Assembly (NCBI GenBank): GCA_903813345.2
Contig: CAIIXF020000001.1
Span: 22,878,001-22,942,000 of the forward strand
DNA: 64,000 bases
DNA from: Owenia fusiformis
Lineage: Eukaryota
Reading direction: 5' to 3'
Notes under the pieces: generated by a model
Told to the model about the DNA's origin: nothing
Database searches by the model: none
What the model saw: only the letters and a program-made list of their open reading frames with translations
Position numbers and translations under genes: made by a program
Part shown: positions 13,891 to 30,200 of the stretch, in pieces
How positions within the stretch are numbered: the stretch's first letter is position 1
Layout of the letters: each line of letters starts with the position of its first letter

Positions 13891-15293
13891 TTAGCATGTA
13901 AAGTGATTGGTGTAGAGGTCTGCGGCGTATTCTACTGCGTGTTGTGACAGTGAAGCCTGGTCGGTATTAGGCCATATTCCTACGTGCTCAGGGTTCTGCG
14001 TGATTTCTGAATATAAAAAATGAATTACAAGTTACAACCATGTGCAAAAATTCTTGCTGTTTTTAACTTTTTTAACACATTTCTGAAAACGTTATTCCAT
14101 TTTCATAGTATATAACTCTAGTGAACGTGCATGCACTAGCTAAAAAACCTTCACATCTGCAAGAGACAAAAAAGAAAGCCCAATAGCACTGAACGAACTC
14201 CTTAGAATAAGACCAATTCCAATATGCCATAAATGACACCAATACCAAGCTTCTTATGATCGATATCAATGAGGGCAATATATGATTTTGCAGCACTTTT
14301 TGTTACCTTCGAATTCAGCCCTTAAAGCATCTGGGTCTGGAGTCCACTGTGCGCCAATTCCAAAATACTCTTCCTTCTGGATGGCAGTATCGCTCTAAAA
14401 CACATCATCATACAATTACACTCATAGATGACGAGATGAAACTATATGAGCGACAAATTGCTTCGAAAAAAGGGTAAACACAAATGAATATAATGACCAT
14501 TTTCAAAATAACCAAAGTGTTTTAACGAAGATGGGACTTACAGTTCTTGTGATATCGGCCCAGTTCACAGGACTATTTGGCATGTTTGTATTTTGCCCCA
14601 TGATAATGATTCGGTTATCAACATCAGGCCTGTCTCCTAGCGTCTCGTCCCAAATATCCGTATTGATTGTGTTTATAGCATCCTCAATATTTGTAGTTGC
14701 TGGTGATAGGGCAGTGCTAGTGAGGCGGTTCCTGAATGCTTCTTTGATAGCTTCCTTTGTCCTGTTAAATAAGCAGAACGTTGAAAATGAATCATAAAGC
14801 AAGTGGACGTAGCACCGACCTTAGATTTCAAAAACAGGCTTGCACCCATCTGAATATCCATTTGCACCCACTTGAAAATGAGAAAAATCATGAAAAATAG
14901 GCATATTTTGACCAATTTTGGTCTGAATTGTGAAAATGAGAATTTTGCACCCACTTGAGAAAAAAGTCCTGTGGAGAACAATGGAATGAGTTTGAAACAT
15001 TGTAGGCATTAACTTTGCAGTACTTTCTGAACGAAAATTTGAATCAAGGGTTATACATGATGAAATTCAACCAACTTACTCATACTGGTTCAACGGGAAC
15101 TCAACATTCCCTGATTCGTCATATGTAACAAGAGCAATGTGGAAGTCACTATTAAAACCAACTCTATCAGCACCGGAGTCCAGGGCATCAATAAAGGCAT
15201 CAAAAAATGCAATGAATGCGGCACGAGTTGGGTTGTCAAATGTATAGCTCGACATATCAACAGCAAATGTAATATCAAGGCGTTGATTGCAAC
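13891..15293 (-). CDS. Terminal divergent vWA domain (four exons) and stop codon
   Basis: Exons 15293-15080 ([23 protein letters not shown]), 14761-14542 ([21 protein letters not shown]), 14394-14307 (YFGIGA), 14006-13891 (..HFTC*). Phases 1/2/0/1 are consistent. Confidence 0.8.
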
Positions 15294-18200
15294 CTAGTTG
15301 AAGAAAAAGTATAATTTTATAATTTAAATTTGTTATAGTAATGGTATCAATGAGTAATACCGAACAAGAAAAAACTTAAAATTTTAGCAATGATTGGGTA
15401 ATTTGATAATGATTGGTGCAATGCTTAGATCAATGTCAGGAATTATTTTCTTTTAGACAGTATTGGTTTTCAGTGTTTCTGTGACAGTAAAATGGCCAGA
15501 TCACTTACACAAATCGACATTGCATGCTGATGTCACTGTTTCACTTCCACTGCAATATTCACCCTCGAATTGTGGTGCAGGATTGTCACAAACTCTGTTA
15601 TTGGTTATCACTCCACCCTGTGGGACGCCGCAACCAACGCTGCATGATGAATAGTGATTTGACCATCCACCATTTACTACAAACATACAGTACGTAGTAC
15701 AGTACAATGGGCATACCTTTCATGTGATGATGCAAAAGCTGATCAATGGATAGCGGGGACTTGAATCGTAATTTGTGTGAGGCCTGTATCATTCTATATT
15801 GGATTTAAAAGCATGAGTGCATGTTCTACTATTTTATAGGAATCCATACATAGCTAGGCAAGGTGTGTTTAACTCCAGCCAATTCGAACATAGTATTTCA
15901 TATAACTGCAGTGCCAGTGCATTATCTAACCAATCACCGCAACCAAGGTCATGTCTTATGTGGTTGTCAAGGCGACAAATTCAACTGCGTACCTGGACAG
16001 TTAATGAAATCACACGGACTCTCCATGACGTCCTCTCCAGCACAATATTCACCATAATCTTTAGGAGCAGGGTCGGAACATGACCTTGTAAAGGTCTCGA
16101 TGCCACCATCACCACACGTTATGCTGCATCCACCCGAAGCCCAGCTTGACCACTGGCCATTGATGTTATCTAGAACATATGTGTTATGTTGCGGTAAATA
16201 ACTCTCTGAATTAGTTGATGTAGACCTACTTTCAGTATAAATGAACACGGCATTAGCAGACAAAATGTCAACACATACCATTTAAACCCACTTAATTTCT
16301 TGATTTCTCAAGTATGTAAAACTCCATTGGCATGGTAGAATATGAGATTTTTTAAGTTAAAAAAACAAAAACATGCCCTTAATTTGTTACAGACGCCAAA
16401 CGCTAGCCCTGAACACCAAGTACCACCGAACACGGTCCTCAAAAATGTTAGAAACTATAACAATAATGTCACCACTTTTGGTGGTGACACAAAAATGCTG
16501 TTTTCATACACATTGAGGGTGTTTTAAAGGGTAAAAATCGATATGGATCAAAGACTATATCGAAAATTAAGGCAAATTGTCACTCATATGACAATAGCTG
16601 GCAATGCAACCTCCTGTGATTGTTAGTTTTATATAATAGTATAGAATATGCAATTTACCACAAGGCCGAGTGTTGCATTCTACGTCTTCTGAATCGGGAC
16701 CATCACACGGAAGTCCCCCGTAAGCCTGGCCTTCACACTCACGAATCCGGGTGCGAATACCTGATTAAAAACGTAAGGTATCATCATATGAAAAAACGTA
16801 TCAAGAACTCGAGAATCGGGACTTATACTAAAGACTGCATGCATATTTTGTTCACAGCGCGAGCATACAATAACTCATCCATGGAAACAAATACTATTAC
16901 CATTGGTGAAAGAAAATATCAAGACAAATACATTCTGATACTCATAGCATCTTTCTGTTTCACCTGAAACATCTCAGGGCTGAGAAGATTTGGGATGTCA
17001 TGGTTTATCATGATGAGACAAATACTACATAGATTGCATGCTACGTTTGTTTTTACCTCCTCCACAAATCACACTGCATTCTCCTGAAGCACCAGCAGCC
17101 CATCCCCAGTCCGTCCAAACCCCATCAATAGGGCATGGTCCATAATCTGCAGTACATGTCCTAGTTTTGTACGAGGCACCCGAACAAGGTTCGCCTCCAA
17201 ATTCTGGTTCAACGCATGTTCGGTTCGTACTCTGGGAGCCTTCTCCACAAGATACCGAACATACTGACCATTCATTCCAAGCTTCCCAATAACCATCAAT
17301 TGGACAAGGATCTATATTGCAAGGGTCTGGATGAGTCTCAGAGTCGGGATCACTAGCTGGACATTCCGCACCACCATTCTGGGGAGCTGGGTCAGTACAT
17401 GTACGGTATCTTGTCTTGGTGCCTCCTCCACACGTGACACTGCATACGACTGATGCATCATTCCAATCAGGCCAAACTGACCAAGCCCCGTCAACTATAT
17501 ATAAAAAAATTAAAATATACATTGCATGAGCTGAACAATAAAAAAATATTGCCATACAATATTTGCCCCTTTTAGCATAGTGTCGGGAGATGTTCGAGTC
17601 AGTATTACGTGCCAATAAATCGATAAAAGTTTTACCTGCCAAGGTTTGCTGTCAATAAAATTGACATTTTATCACTTACTCGGACAGCCCTGTGTATTGC
17701 AGTTCCTGGTGTTGTTAGAGGATCCGGTGCAGTCCGCTCCGCCATAAGCTGGAGCCGGGTCATCACATGTTCTTGTACGCCACTTCTTTCCCCCTCCACA
17801 TGTTACAGTACAGTCGCTCCATGGTCCGTACCCACCCCAATTACCGTCAACTACGAACAGTTCTGAATATTATTATTTTATTTCCAAAGCAGTTTGTTTA
17901 CTTTTCTGTCTTTGGTGGCACTGATCATGGATTTAAATTACTCTAAGATTGCGTTATCTATACAAACAATTAATGAATTAATTGCAATAAAAGTTGTTGA
18001 AAACTTTTTAACAAACTACATTTACAGTTAAGACTCACTTGGGCAATTCTCAGTATTGCATTCGTCAGTTGTTTCGAAATCCTCTCCAGGGCATGCGAGT
18101 CCTCCGTGTTGTGGGGCAGGGCTGTCACAGTTTCTCGATCTACCCAATACACCCCCTCCACAGGTCGTACTGCATTCGTATGCTGACCATTCACCCCATA

Positions 18201-21200
18201 CACCATCGATAGGGTCTACATATACAGCCAAAATAAGTCAGTCAATGCACGATATAATAATACGATAACATCCCTAAGCACCTATACTATTAACCCACCA
18301 CATGTCTTAACGACACTTTGAAACTAAATCATATTTGTCATTGACAATATGCATTATAAGAGTAAAAAATACTAAGAATATAGGATTTCAAATAGTATGT
18401 TAAGATTGTTTAACTTTGAACAATAATCACAATAAAACGCACCTGGACAGGCCTCTGTGCTACATTCTTCTATACGAATGCTATCCCCAGCGCAATCATC
18501 TCCACCATTAGAGGGTGCAGGGTTATTACATTCCCTGTTGCTTTCACGGGTTCCTCCTCCGCATGTTGTGGTACATGCGCTCCATTCATACCAGTCAGAC
18601 CAAACACCATTCACTTAAGATGGATACACATGATGAAAATGTTAATGATTGTAATAATTACCATTGTCAAATGGGTAATATTTGTCAAGATACAAATCCA
18701 GGTAGTAAACACAATTCAAAATCAAAATATTGCAAATATTTGCTAAAATGACATCACCCAAATCTTTACTATGAGAATGTGATATCGTAGGGGTTGGTTT
18801 CACGTTATCCTCCAGGAAATAAACAAGTTATTCTAGTTATTAATACAGTTCTTATACATTGTATGTACATGTACTATACATGCATGCATGAATCAGATAA
18901 ACACTATACCTTCAGGTGATAGATATAAACCCCAAAGTTACCTGGGCAAGCGATGTCATTGCACACTCGAGTTTGGGACGTTGCTCCAGTACACCCTAGT
19001 CCACCATATCTGCGTCCGTCGCAGGTACGAGTCCTACATTTAGAGTAAAGGCGTTCAGGATCAGTACATAAAGGTGCACAGGTAACATCTCAACGCTTTT
19101 GCTAATGATGAGTGTATCATAGATCAAAGAGGTACTATTGACACAGAGATATCCTGTTTTAGAACCAATTACTTCGTTTAAAGTTTGGCTTTATACAAAT
19201 AAGGCACATAAACGTGTCAAAGGGAAGGACCAACAATTGTTACAGAATATAGATAAGCAAGAAAAATAAAACATCAACGACTACACCAGTCATATGGAAT
19301 ACAAAACCCAACTATCCAATACCGTATAACCATGTGACGACTTTAGGACACACTTTTATTTCTAACATTTCAGTCTGTCAGTACAATCTGTTAGACCTAC
19401 CTTTAAATTTTAAACGTTTTTTTTATGGATATTTGATTTGTGCTACATTAAGCTTTTAGTACCAAGCAAATAAACAAAATGAAACGATCATAATTATTCG
19501 TAGGTTTACATGTACCTTTCTTCGAACCCTCCGCCACATGTTACTGAGCATTCGCCATAGGCTGACCACACCGACCAATAGCCATCCGCTTTAGCTGTGA
19601 AACACACAAAGTTATTATATTCGTTTATACTTGTAATTTAACAGTTCCTATTGTTATTGCTTCAAACTTTTATCAGGATAACCTTCGAAGATTTATATTC
19701 TTCTATTCAGATTATCTCTCAAGAGCTGAAAAATATCAATTGTACTTTTGAAATTCCAATGCATTTATGCGTTCATCTTAAATAACATCTCATTAAAGAA
19801 AGCTAGAATGTACACATAAAATGAAGAAAACATTACACATTGCAGAAATCATAAAAGTCCGCTTAGAAATTACTTTCGTCTTTCATTATCATTAAAATTA
19901 CGAAATGACCAACAAGTACCTTTACAAAATAGGCTTATTTCGGAGATGAAATCAATTGTATTTGCTCCTATATCATTTAGACTGTCATATGATACACTGT
20001 GAGCAGACACATCCACTGATGCAATTGAAGCCGTCTCAGCAGAGGCCTCTGCTCCAATAGCAATATGGAAAACCTCGATGCCCTCTGACCTCAGACTCTC
20101 AGCGGCTATAGATGCCTCTGTAGGATCTATAGACGCACCGGTTGTTACGAGAATTACTGCACGCATTGCATCTTCTCTGGCGGAAAACAATTCATCTCCA
20201 GCCGTCTACAAAAATCATATATAAAATGACATGTTTTTGACTATTTTACCAATTAGTTGAAAGGAACTTACTTGTCTTATGTCATTGAAATTGTGATACT
20301 GCAACTATTCTGTTAAATAGACGTATTAATAACGAAAAAATTGATTTTCGTTTGTTTTGAAGTTCGGTTGTGGGGATCAATTCGTATGTAAGCCAACCAT
20401 ACCATGAGTGCAGTATTAGTATCTCTCGTAGTTCCGCCATTGAAACTAACAGTCGATATAGCATCACTGACAGAAGTCTCGTTTCCCGCAAAATCCTCAA
20501 GAGAAAACTCTTGAGTTACAGTATCAGAGAAGGAATACAGCGCGACCCTTGACTTGGCGTGATTGAGCTCCTCAGTGAGACCAATTAAATATTTGTTAAT
20601 GTCTGAGTTGGCATCGTTACCCGCTGTGTCAACAACCAGTGCAATATCCATGAATTCTTCACATCCTATGAACAAAAAGTACAAGGAGCTATACGTATCA
20701 ATATAATTGGAGAGATTGATCACTTTTGAGAATTTTTGATAATTCCCGAATCAGGGTATCATTTAACGCTGAAGTACTAAATGGTCAACTGGTATAAGAC
20801 TTATGTTGAATAATTAAAAATGTCTGCCATTTGTAAAAATGTATTCTTAAGGTACGTTTCTACATTTAGCAGATTTTCAAATTGAATAAGTGAATTCATG
20901 TTCTATTTTATGAACGGCTATTTTTGTTTCTTGGTGGAATATAATTTAGATGGTATTCTTTTCATTATTACCTGGGCACGGGAAAGTGTTGCAGACATCA
21001 GTTTCGAGATTGTCTCCTACGCAATCGTCGCCCCCGTATGCTGGGGCTGGATCCGTGCAGGTTCTTTCACGAGCTATCTCTCCGCCACCACATGTAGTTG
21101 AACAACTGCTCCATACACTCCATTCAGCATAGCCACCATTTACTGTCGATGAAAATTCATAAAGATACTTATACATATATGGGCGATGGCTAGATTTGAT

Positions 21201-24200
21201 AACTTCAAGTTGCAATACTTAGACAGGGCTTAGGATAGTTTCACAGGTTATATGAACACAATTTAAACATCAATTTATTATTCTGTCGTTCTTTAGGGGG
21301 TTAAGTTGTTGGTTAACAGTGTATTTGTACCTGGACATTCGACAACATTACAGATAAGGATTTCAATCAGATCATCTGGACTGCAATTAGCTCCACCATT
21401 GGCTGGTGCAGGGCTGTCACATGCTCTTGTACGAGTTTTCTCTCCATCTCCACATGTCGTGGAACACTCTCCCCAATCTGACCACTGACCAACGCCTCCA
21501 TTAACTATAGATATATAAACATGACAATTGAAGATCCAACGTTAAACTTTTTGATCAGATATAACTTTAAAATCTTTAAGCAGTCTATACTATTTCATTA
21601 GATCTGAACTTCAGGTCTGCTATTGTGAGTACATGCGTACATATATCACGTGTCCCAAAAATGAGCCACTTTTGACAAGTATTATCTCGGCAACTGATGA
21701 GCCACATTCACTGAAAATTTGTACAAAGTAGCCCAGGAGTATCGGTAGCAAGGTATAAAAATATGAAAAAGATCAATTAAATGTTATGTTAGTACTAAGA
21801 AATTCAAGATAGCATGTCATGATAGCCCATACCGGAGCAACGCAATGAGAACTTTATAGCATTTCTACCAAAAATGAGAAGCACTTTGAAGTAATTTCTC
21901 AGCAATAGATGAGCCAAATTCATTGATAGCTGGTACAAACATTTTTAAAGTCTCATATCAGAGCTCCGGTATGGGAATTTTTGACATGCTGTTTTGAATT
22001 TCTTAGAACTCACATATTAGAATATTTACTTGATCTTTTTCATATTTTTACAACTTGCTTTAAGAATACCCTTAGGCTACTTTGTAAAACGTTTCAGTGA
22101 ATTTGGTTATTCAGTTGCCGAGATAATACTTAATACTTAATAAAAATTGGCTCATTTTTTGGGACACCTGATATATAATATTGTAGGGGGACTGTACCTG
22201 GGCATGGTATGTATGCACATAATACAACCTCTGTGGATTCTCCCACGCATTCTGCTCCATCGTGAAGAGGTTTTGGATTGTCACACTCTCGGGTTCTCGT
22301 TTTAGTTTGGTTTCCGCAAGTAAGGTCACAGGTACCATCCTTCCATGGTCCCCACGCTCCGTCAATCGGATCTACAAGGAATTCCACAAAATCGCAATCG
22401 TGTACTTCAGGTATTGTGGTAATTCGATCATAATTCGACGTTCGTATTAAGTCTCGTTTGAATCAGGTAAATATGATTTTTGACACTTACCTATGCAAGC
22501 GAGCTTGTGAATCTCGTCGACTGTTGCGGCCAACTCGGAGTAACTTGCAATTGTTTTCACATAGTCAGATGCAGGTTCTGAGGCAATCGTTTCAAGTTCA
22601 GTCTGCAGAACTGAATTCCCTACACCGACAGCAACCTGTTTGATTCCAGCTTGTTTGTTAAGGTTGGCCTGCTCAGCAGTTCTAACAGGATCTCCCGAGG
22701 CTCCATCCGTGATAACTATGATGACGTCAGTGGCAGTCTGGCGATACCTATCTGGGTCACTCAAATCATTCCTAGCTGCCTCAAGGCCATCATATGTTGC
22801 CGTAAGTCCAGCTAAATGGTCGATAGTAGCTACATAGTCTAACATAGCTGATTTGTCTGTACCATATGTCGTTCCATTGAATTCAGTTTTAACTGTACTA
22901 GAAAACTGGGTGAGACCTACTTGGTAAACACCACTCTCGATGGGACTTTTCTCGATGAATAAAGTTAGAAAGTCTCTGACATTTTGGAATGCCTCAGTTT
23001 TTCCTTGAGCTGTTATACTAGCAGAACTATCCACTAGAAGCAAGATATTCATCGGTTTGGAACATTCTGAAAATGAAACGTAATACAGATACACTGTGTG
23101 GTGAATCAGAAACATCATAGAGGATTTAATTTCATGAATCCTATTATAATATAGAAATCCCTGTAACAATAGTCTACGGGAAGAAAATAATGCACATGCT
23201 ATTGACTTCAAGTATAGACGTCAAAGATATCTTACCACACGATTTAGTGTTGCATTGGCCGTCCATTACACCATATTCTGTCAATGCAGTCGCAGAGCCA
23301 TCTGAAAGTGTACACTCACTGCCACCATTCGCTGGTGCTGGCTTATCACACACTCTGATTCTCTCTTGAACGCCACCACCACATGTTACACTACAGACCC
23401 CTGACATCTCCCACTCTCCCCAGTTACCATCAACAGGAGGATCTATAACATAATAATTGTCAAATATATACACAAGATATTCGGGATAAAATATGTTCGT
23501 TGTCTAACGTTATTAATATCTGTATTCGCTAGCATTTCAAAGGAACAGTAACTTATTTGCCTTGATTTAATATTCATTTTAATTTTTATCAATATTTATT
23601 TTAATTTCTATTTCTGTGAATATTGATCAGCATCCATTGTGACAATATATATGTGAGGCTGGTATTGAAAGTTTCATACTAGGGTCAACACAATCTCCAG
23701 CATTACAGGCCACGCTATCAACCAGATCACTTTGAATACAGTCAGCTCCACCATTAGACGGGACTGGGCTGTCACATGCTCTCTCTCGATATTGAACTCC
23801 TTCTCCGCATGTTGTGGAACAATCTCCCCAAGGTGACCATTCTCCAGGGACTCCATCAACTGAAACAAAATATGTTCATAACCTTGATAGGTTGATAGAT
23901 TAATCTATTGCTTGAACTTCGAGGATCAATTTTTAGTCAGCAATAATGTTTATTATAACATAGTTTCATACCTGGGGGGTCAACACAATCTCCAGCATTA
24001 CAAGCCACACTATCAATCAGATCACTTTGTAAGCAGTCAGCTCCACCATTAGACGGGACTGGGCTGTCACATGCTCTCTCTCGATATTGAACTCCTTCTC
24101 CGCATGTTGTGGAACAATCTCCCCAAGGTGACCATTCTCCAGGTACTCCATCAACTGAAACAAAATATGTTAATGAGCTTGACAGGTTGATAGATAAATA

Positions 24201-27200
24201 TATTGCTTGAACTTCGAGGATTAATTTTTATTCCAGTTCTTAAAATGTTTTTTTTCGTCCACTCCCACTTGTTCAATAATGTTTTTATGATAACATAGTT
24301 TCATACCAGGGGGGTCAACACAATCTCCAACATTACAAGCCACGCTATCAATCAGATCACTTTGTAAGCAGTCTGCTCCACCATTAGACGGGGCTGGGCT
24401 GTCACATGCTCTCTCTCGATATTGAAGTCCTTCTCCGCATGTTGTGGAGCAATCTCCCCAAGGTGACCATTCTCCAGGGACTCCATTAACTAAAACAAAA
24501 TATGTGAATGAGCTTGACAGGTTGATAGATAAATCTATTGCTTGAACTTCGAGGATCGATTTTTATTTCAGTTTTCATCCACTAGCACTTGTTCAGCAAT
24601 AATGTTTATGATAACATAGTTACATACCAGGGGGGTCAACACAATCTCCAGCATTACAAGCCACACTATCAATCAGATCACTTTGTAAGCAGTCTGCTCC
24701 ACCATTAGACGGGGCGGGGCTGTCACATGCTCTCTCTCGATATTGTACTCCTTCTCCGCATGTTGTGGAACAATCTCCCCAAGGTGACCATTCTCCAGGG
24801 ACTCCATCAACTAAAACAAAATATATCAATGGTCTTGATAGGTTTATCTATTGCTTGAACTTCGAGGATTGATTTTTATTTCAGTTGTTAAAATATGTTT
24901 TCGTTCTCTGCCACTTGTCCAAATTTTTTTTATGATAACATATTTTCATACCAGGGGGGTCAACACAATCTCCAGCATTACAAGCCACACTATCAATCAG
25001 ATCGCTTTGTAAGCAGTCAGCTCCACCATTAGACGGGACTGGGCTGTCACATGCTCTCTCTCGATATTGAACTCCTTCTCCGCATGTTGTGGAACAATCT
25101 CCCCAAGGTGACCATTCTCCAGGGACTCCATCGACTAAAACAAAATATTTCAATGAGCTTGCAAGGGTGATATATTAATCTATTGCTTGAACTTCGAGCA
25201 TTAATTTTTATTCCAATAACGCAAATGCGAGTTTGTAGTTACCAGTTTCACCACCAGGTGGCTCGCTCGGGTCAGATAGCATGGCGGGTATAGTAGAAAG
25301 TTCGCTTTAACTTAAATTACAGAGGTTTTAGTGGTTCAATTTTCATATAGCCCTTATGTATCGAATAGTTATGCAAATTAAAGTATGTCCAGTAACAGAA
25401 AATGTTAGATGTCCAAAACAAGAAAAGATATTTCACTTTTTGTGATTTTGTAATATGAGGTCTATGGGGAATCAACCCGAACTAGAAGTCACATTTTAAA
25501 AAAATATTAAAATTTCAAAGTTGATAAACGTTTCGAAACCATATTTTTAGATGTATTTTTACATGTAGATTTCAAATATGGCATCACTTTGACTGAATTT
25601 TGAATATTTAATGACGTAAATCAAGATCATTTCTACTCGCATCTAGTCTATTGTTAAAATGTTTTTTTCGTCCACTCTCACTTGTTCAGCAATAATCTTT
25701 TTATGATAACATAGTTTTATACCAGGGGGGTCAACACAATCTCCAGCATTACAAGCCAAACTATCAATCAGATCACTTTGTAAGCAGTCTGTTCCACCAT
25801 TAGACGGGGCTGGGCTGTCACATGCTCTCTCTCGATATTGAACTCCTTCTCCGCATGTTGTGGAACAATCTCCCCAAGGTGACCATTCTCCAGGTACTCC
25901 ATCAACTAAAACAAAATATATCAATGGTCTTGATTGGTTAATCTATTGCTTGAACTTCGAGGATTGATTTGTATTACAGTTGTTAAAATATGTCTTCGTT
26001 CTCTGCCACTTGTCCAAAAAATGTTTTATGATAACATATTTTCATACCAGGGGGGTCAACACAATCTCCAGCATTACAAGCCAAACTATCAATCAGATCA
26101 CTTTGTAAGCAGTCAGCTCCACCATTAGACGGGACTGGGCTGTCACATGCTCTCTCTCGATATTGCACTCCTTCTCCGCATGTTGTGGAACAATCTTCCC
26201 AAGGTGACCATTCTCCAGGGACTCCATCAACTAAAACAAAATATTTTAATAACCTTGATAGGTTGATAGATTAATCTATTGCTTGAACTTCGAGGATTGA
26301 TTTTTATTTCAGTTGCAAAAATATGTTTTCGTTCTCCTCATGGTGACCATTGTCCTGGGACTCCATCAACTAAAACAAAATATATCGATGGTCTTGATAG
26401 GTTAATAGATTATTCTATTGCTTGAACTTCGAGGATTAATTTTTATTTCAGTTTTCATCCACTAGCACTTGTTTAATAATGTTTATGATAACATAATTTC
26501 ATACCAGGGGGGTCAATACAATCTCCAGCATTACAAGCCACGCTATCAATCAGATCACTTTGTAAGCAGTCAGCTCCACCATTAGACGGGGCTGGGCTGT
26601 CACATGCTCTCTCTCGATATTGAACTCCTTCTCCGCATGTTGTGGAACAATCTCCCCATGGTGACCATTCTCCAGGGACTCCATCAACTAAAACAAAATA
26701 CATCAATGGTCTTGATAGGTTGATAGATTAATTTATTGCTTGAACTTCGAGGATTGATTTTTATTTCAGTTGCAAAAATATGTTTTCGTTCTCCTCATGG
26801 TGACCATTGTCCTGGGACTCCATCAACTAAAACAAAATATATCAATGGTCTTGATAGGTTAATAGATTATTCTATTGCTTGAACTTCGAGGATTAATTTT
26901 TATTTCAGTTTTTACCACTAGCACTTGTTTAATAATGTTTATGATAACATAATTTCATACCAGGGGGGTCAATACAATCTCCAGCATTACAAGCCACGCT
27001 ATCAATCAGATCACTTTGTAAGCAGTCAGCTCCACCATTAGACGGGGCTGGGCTGTCACATGCTCTCTCTCGATATTGAACTCCTTCTCCGCATGTTGTG
27101 GAACAATCTCCCCATGGTGACCATTCTCCAGGGACTCCATCAACTAAAACAAAATAATGGTCTTGATAGGTTGATAGATTAATTTATTGCTTGAACTTCG

Positions 27201-30200
27201 ATGATTGATTTTTATTTCAGTTGCAAAAATATGTTTTCGTTCTCCTCATGGTGACCATTGTCCTGGGACTCCATCAACTAAAACAAAATATATCAATGGT
27301 CTTGATAGGTTAATAGATTATTCTATTGCTTGAACTTCGAGGATTAATTTTTATTTCAGTTTTCATCCACTAGCACTTGTTTAATAATGTTTATGATAAC
27401 ATAATTTCATACCAGGGGGGTCAACACAATCTCCAGCATTACACGCCACGCTATCAACCAGATCACTTTGTAAGCAGTCAGCTCCACCATTAGACGGGAC
27501 TGGGCTGTCACATGCTCTCTCTCGATATTGAACTCCTTCTCCGCATGTTGTGGAACAATCTCCCCATGGTGACCATTCTCCAGGGACTCCATCAACTAAA
27601 ACAAAATACATCAATGGTCTTGATAAGTTGATAGATTAATCTATTGCTTGAACTTCGAGGATTGATTTTTATTTCAGTTGCAAAAATATGTTTTCGTTCT
27701 CCTCATGGTGACCATTGTCCTGGGACTCCATCAACTAAAACAAAATACAAGGGGCGATCCATATATTCTGATAAAAATGCTCTCATTTTGTGATTTTTTC
27801 ACATATCCTTTTCATTTTTTCAGAACATGTAGATTATGTAATTACACATACGATGCTAAAATATTTTAGCTGTATCTTAAATTAATTTTGAAATAAGGTT
27901 GCCATGGTAACCTGTATTTAGGGTAGGCAGGTCAGTTAAATTATAACGTCTAAAATAGATAAATATGTTAATTTAATCATTCCTCGGTACCTATTTTAAG
28001 CAGATCAAACGCATCTTCCAGTCATTGTCAACTATTCATTGATCTGTTCCATACCCCTGTTGCCCTTGTTTGATAATTTATACAGTGGGATAGCTATCTT
28101 TTCATAAGTAACATCTCAATTTATCGTATTGTTACTCTCTGTCCGCAAGCTCTTCTTGCAACCAGATTGCGGATGATCTTCAACAGTGACCATGCTTTCC
28201 TCTTTACAATACTACCTATATATTCTTTATGCAGATATAAGACCTTGCCCATGTACTTTATGAGTCCATGTATGTCTCTGACAGTGTCCTCTTACTTATT
28301 CTTGAAAGGAAATCAAATTTAATGGTATTCCCTAATGTATCCGTTAATGTGACACTCTGCATCAGCCACTTTAACCTAATCTGACAATTTGATTTTTGGT
28401 GTGTCTCATAACATGTAATGTCAATTGGCCCATCCTGTCCTATAATGCTATTGTGATTTGTTGTGATGTTATAGTGAGCACATATAAACATTTGTTTAGC
28501 AACAAGTAACAATACCAAACTTTTTTAGAAAAAGTGCATGATTTCCGCATGCTTTAAAATAATTAAAATAACAAGTTATTTTGATATTTATATGTTATAA
28601 TTAAATTGACATGCCTACCCTTAATACAGGTTACCATGGCAGCCTTATCTCATTGATAATTTAAGATATAGCTATAATATTTTAGCATTGTATGTGTAAT
28701 TACATAATCTACATTTTCTGAAAAAATGAGAGGAATATGTGAAAAAATCACAAAATGAGAGCATTTTTATCAGAATATATGGATCGCCCCTTGTATATCA
28801 ATGGTCTTGATAGGTTAATAGATTATTCTATTGCTTGAACTTCGAGGATTAATTTTTATTCCAGTTGTTAAAATGTTTTTCCGTCCACTCCCACTTGTTC
28901 AATAATGTTTATGATAACATAATTTCATACCAGGGGGGTCAACACAATCTCCAGCATTACAGACCACGCTATCAACCAGATCACTTTGTAAGCAATCAGC
29001 TCCACCATTAGACGGGGCTGGGCTGTCACATGCTCTCTCTCGATATTGTACTCCTTCTCCGCATGTTGTGGAACAATCTCCCCAAGGTGACCATTCTCCA
29101 GGGACTCCATCAACTAAAACAGAAAATATTTCAACTCAAACTATCAAATTATATTTGGACTTAATGACCAATGATATATAAAACTGATGTATGGACTAGA
29201 ACGTGTAATAGAACTACAACTATACACTTAACAGTTTATCCCTGCTTGTTTGTTTTTTGTATTCTTGAAGATTAATACCTGGGTAATCGACAACATTATA
29301 AGTCACGCTATCAATCAAATCACTTTGCATGCAATTAGCACCACCACTAAACTACAAATGATACTTTTGAGGAACACTCTCGAATTGGACCACTGACCTA
29401 CCACTGACTTACCCCTCCGTTAACCCTTAATCAGTTGGTCTGTAGAGAATTACTGGGTGGGTTTTATTTGGACAGTTTATGTTTGTTTGATAATTGTTTC
29501 TATGTATTCTCGAAGATTCATATACCTGGGCATGCGACAACATTACAGGCCACGCTATCAATCAAATCACTTTGCATGCAATTAGCTCCGCCATTAGCCG
29601 GGGCGGGGCTGTCACATGCTCTCTCTCGATATTGCACTCCTTCTCCGCATGTTGCGGAACAATCTCCCCAAGGTGACCATTCTCCAGGGACTCCATCAAC
29701 TAAAACAAAAATATTTCAACTCAAACTATCAAATCTATCAAAATGACTCTATATTTGGATTAGATGTCCAATAAGATATAATACTGATGAATGGATAAAA
29801 AATAGTAGATTACAAATGATTCTTTTGAGGAACACTCCCGAATTGGACCACTGACCTACAACTGACTTATCCCTCCGTTAACCCTTAAACGGTTGGTCTA
29901 TAGAGAATTACACCAACAGTTGGGGGGGGTATTATTTGGACAGTTTATGTTTGTTTGATAATGTTTCTATGTATTCTCGAAGATTCATATACCTGGGCAT
30001 GCGACAATATTACAGGCCACGCTATAAATTAGATCACTTTGTGTGCAGTCAGCTCCACCATTAGACGGGGCTGGGCTGTCACATGCTCTCTCTCGATATT
30101 GCACTCCTTCTCCACATGTTGTTGAACAATCTCCCCATGGTGACCATTCTCCAGGGACTCCATCAACTAAAACAAAATATATCAATGGTCTTGATAGGTT

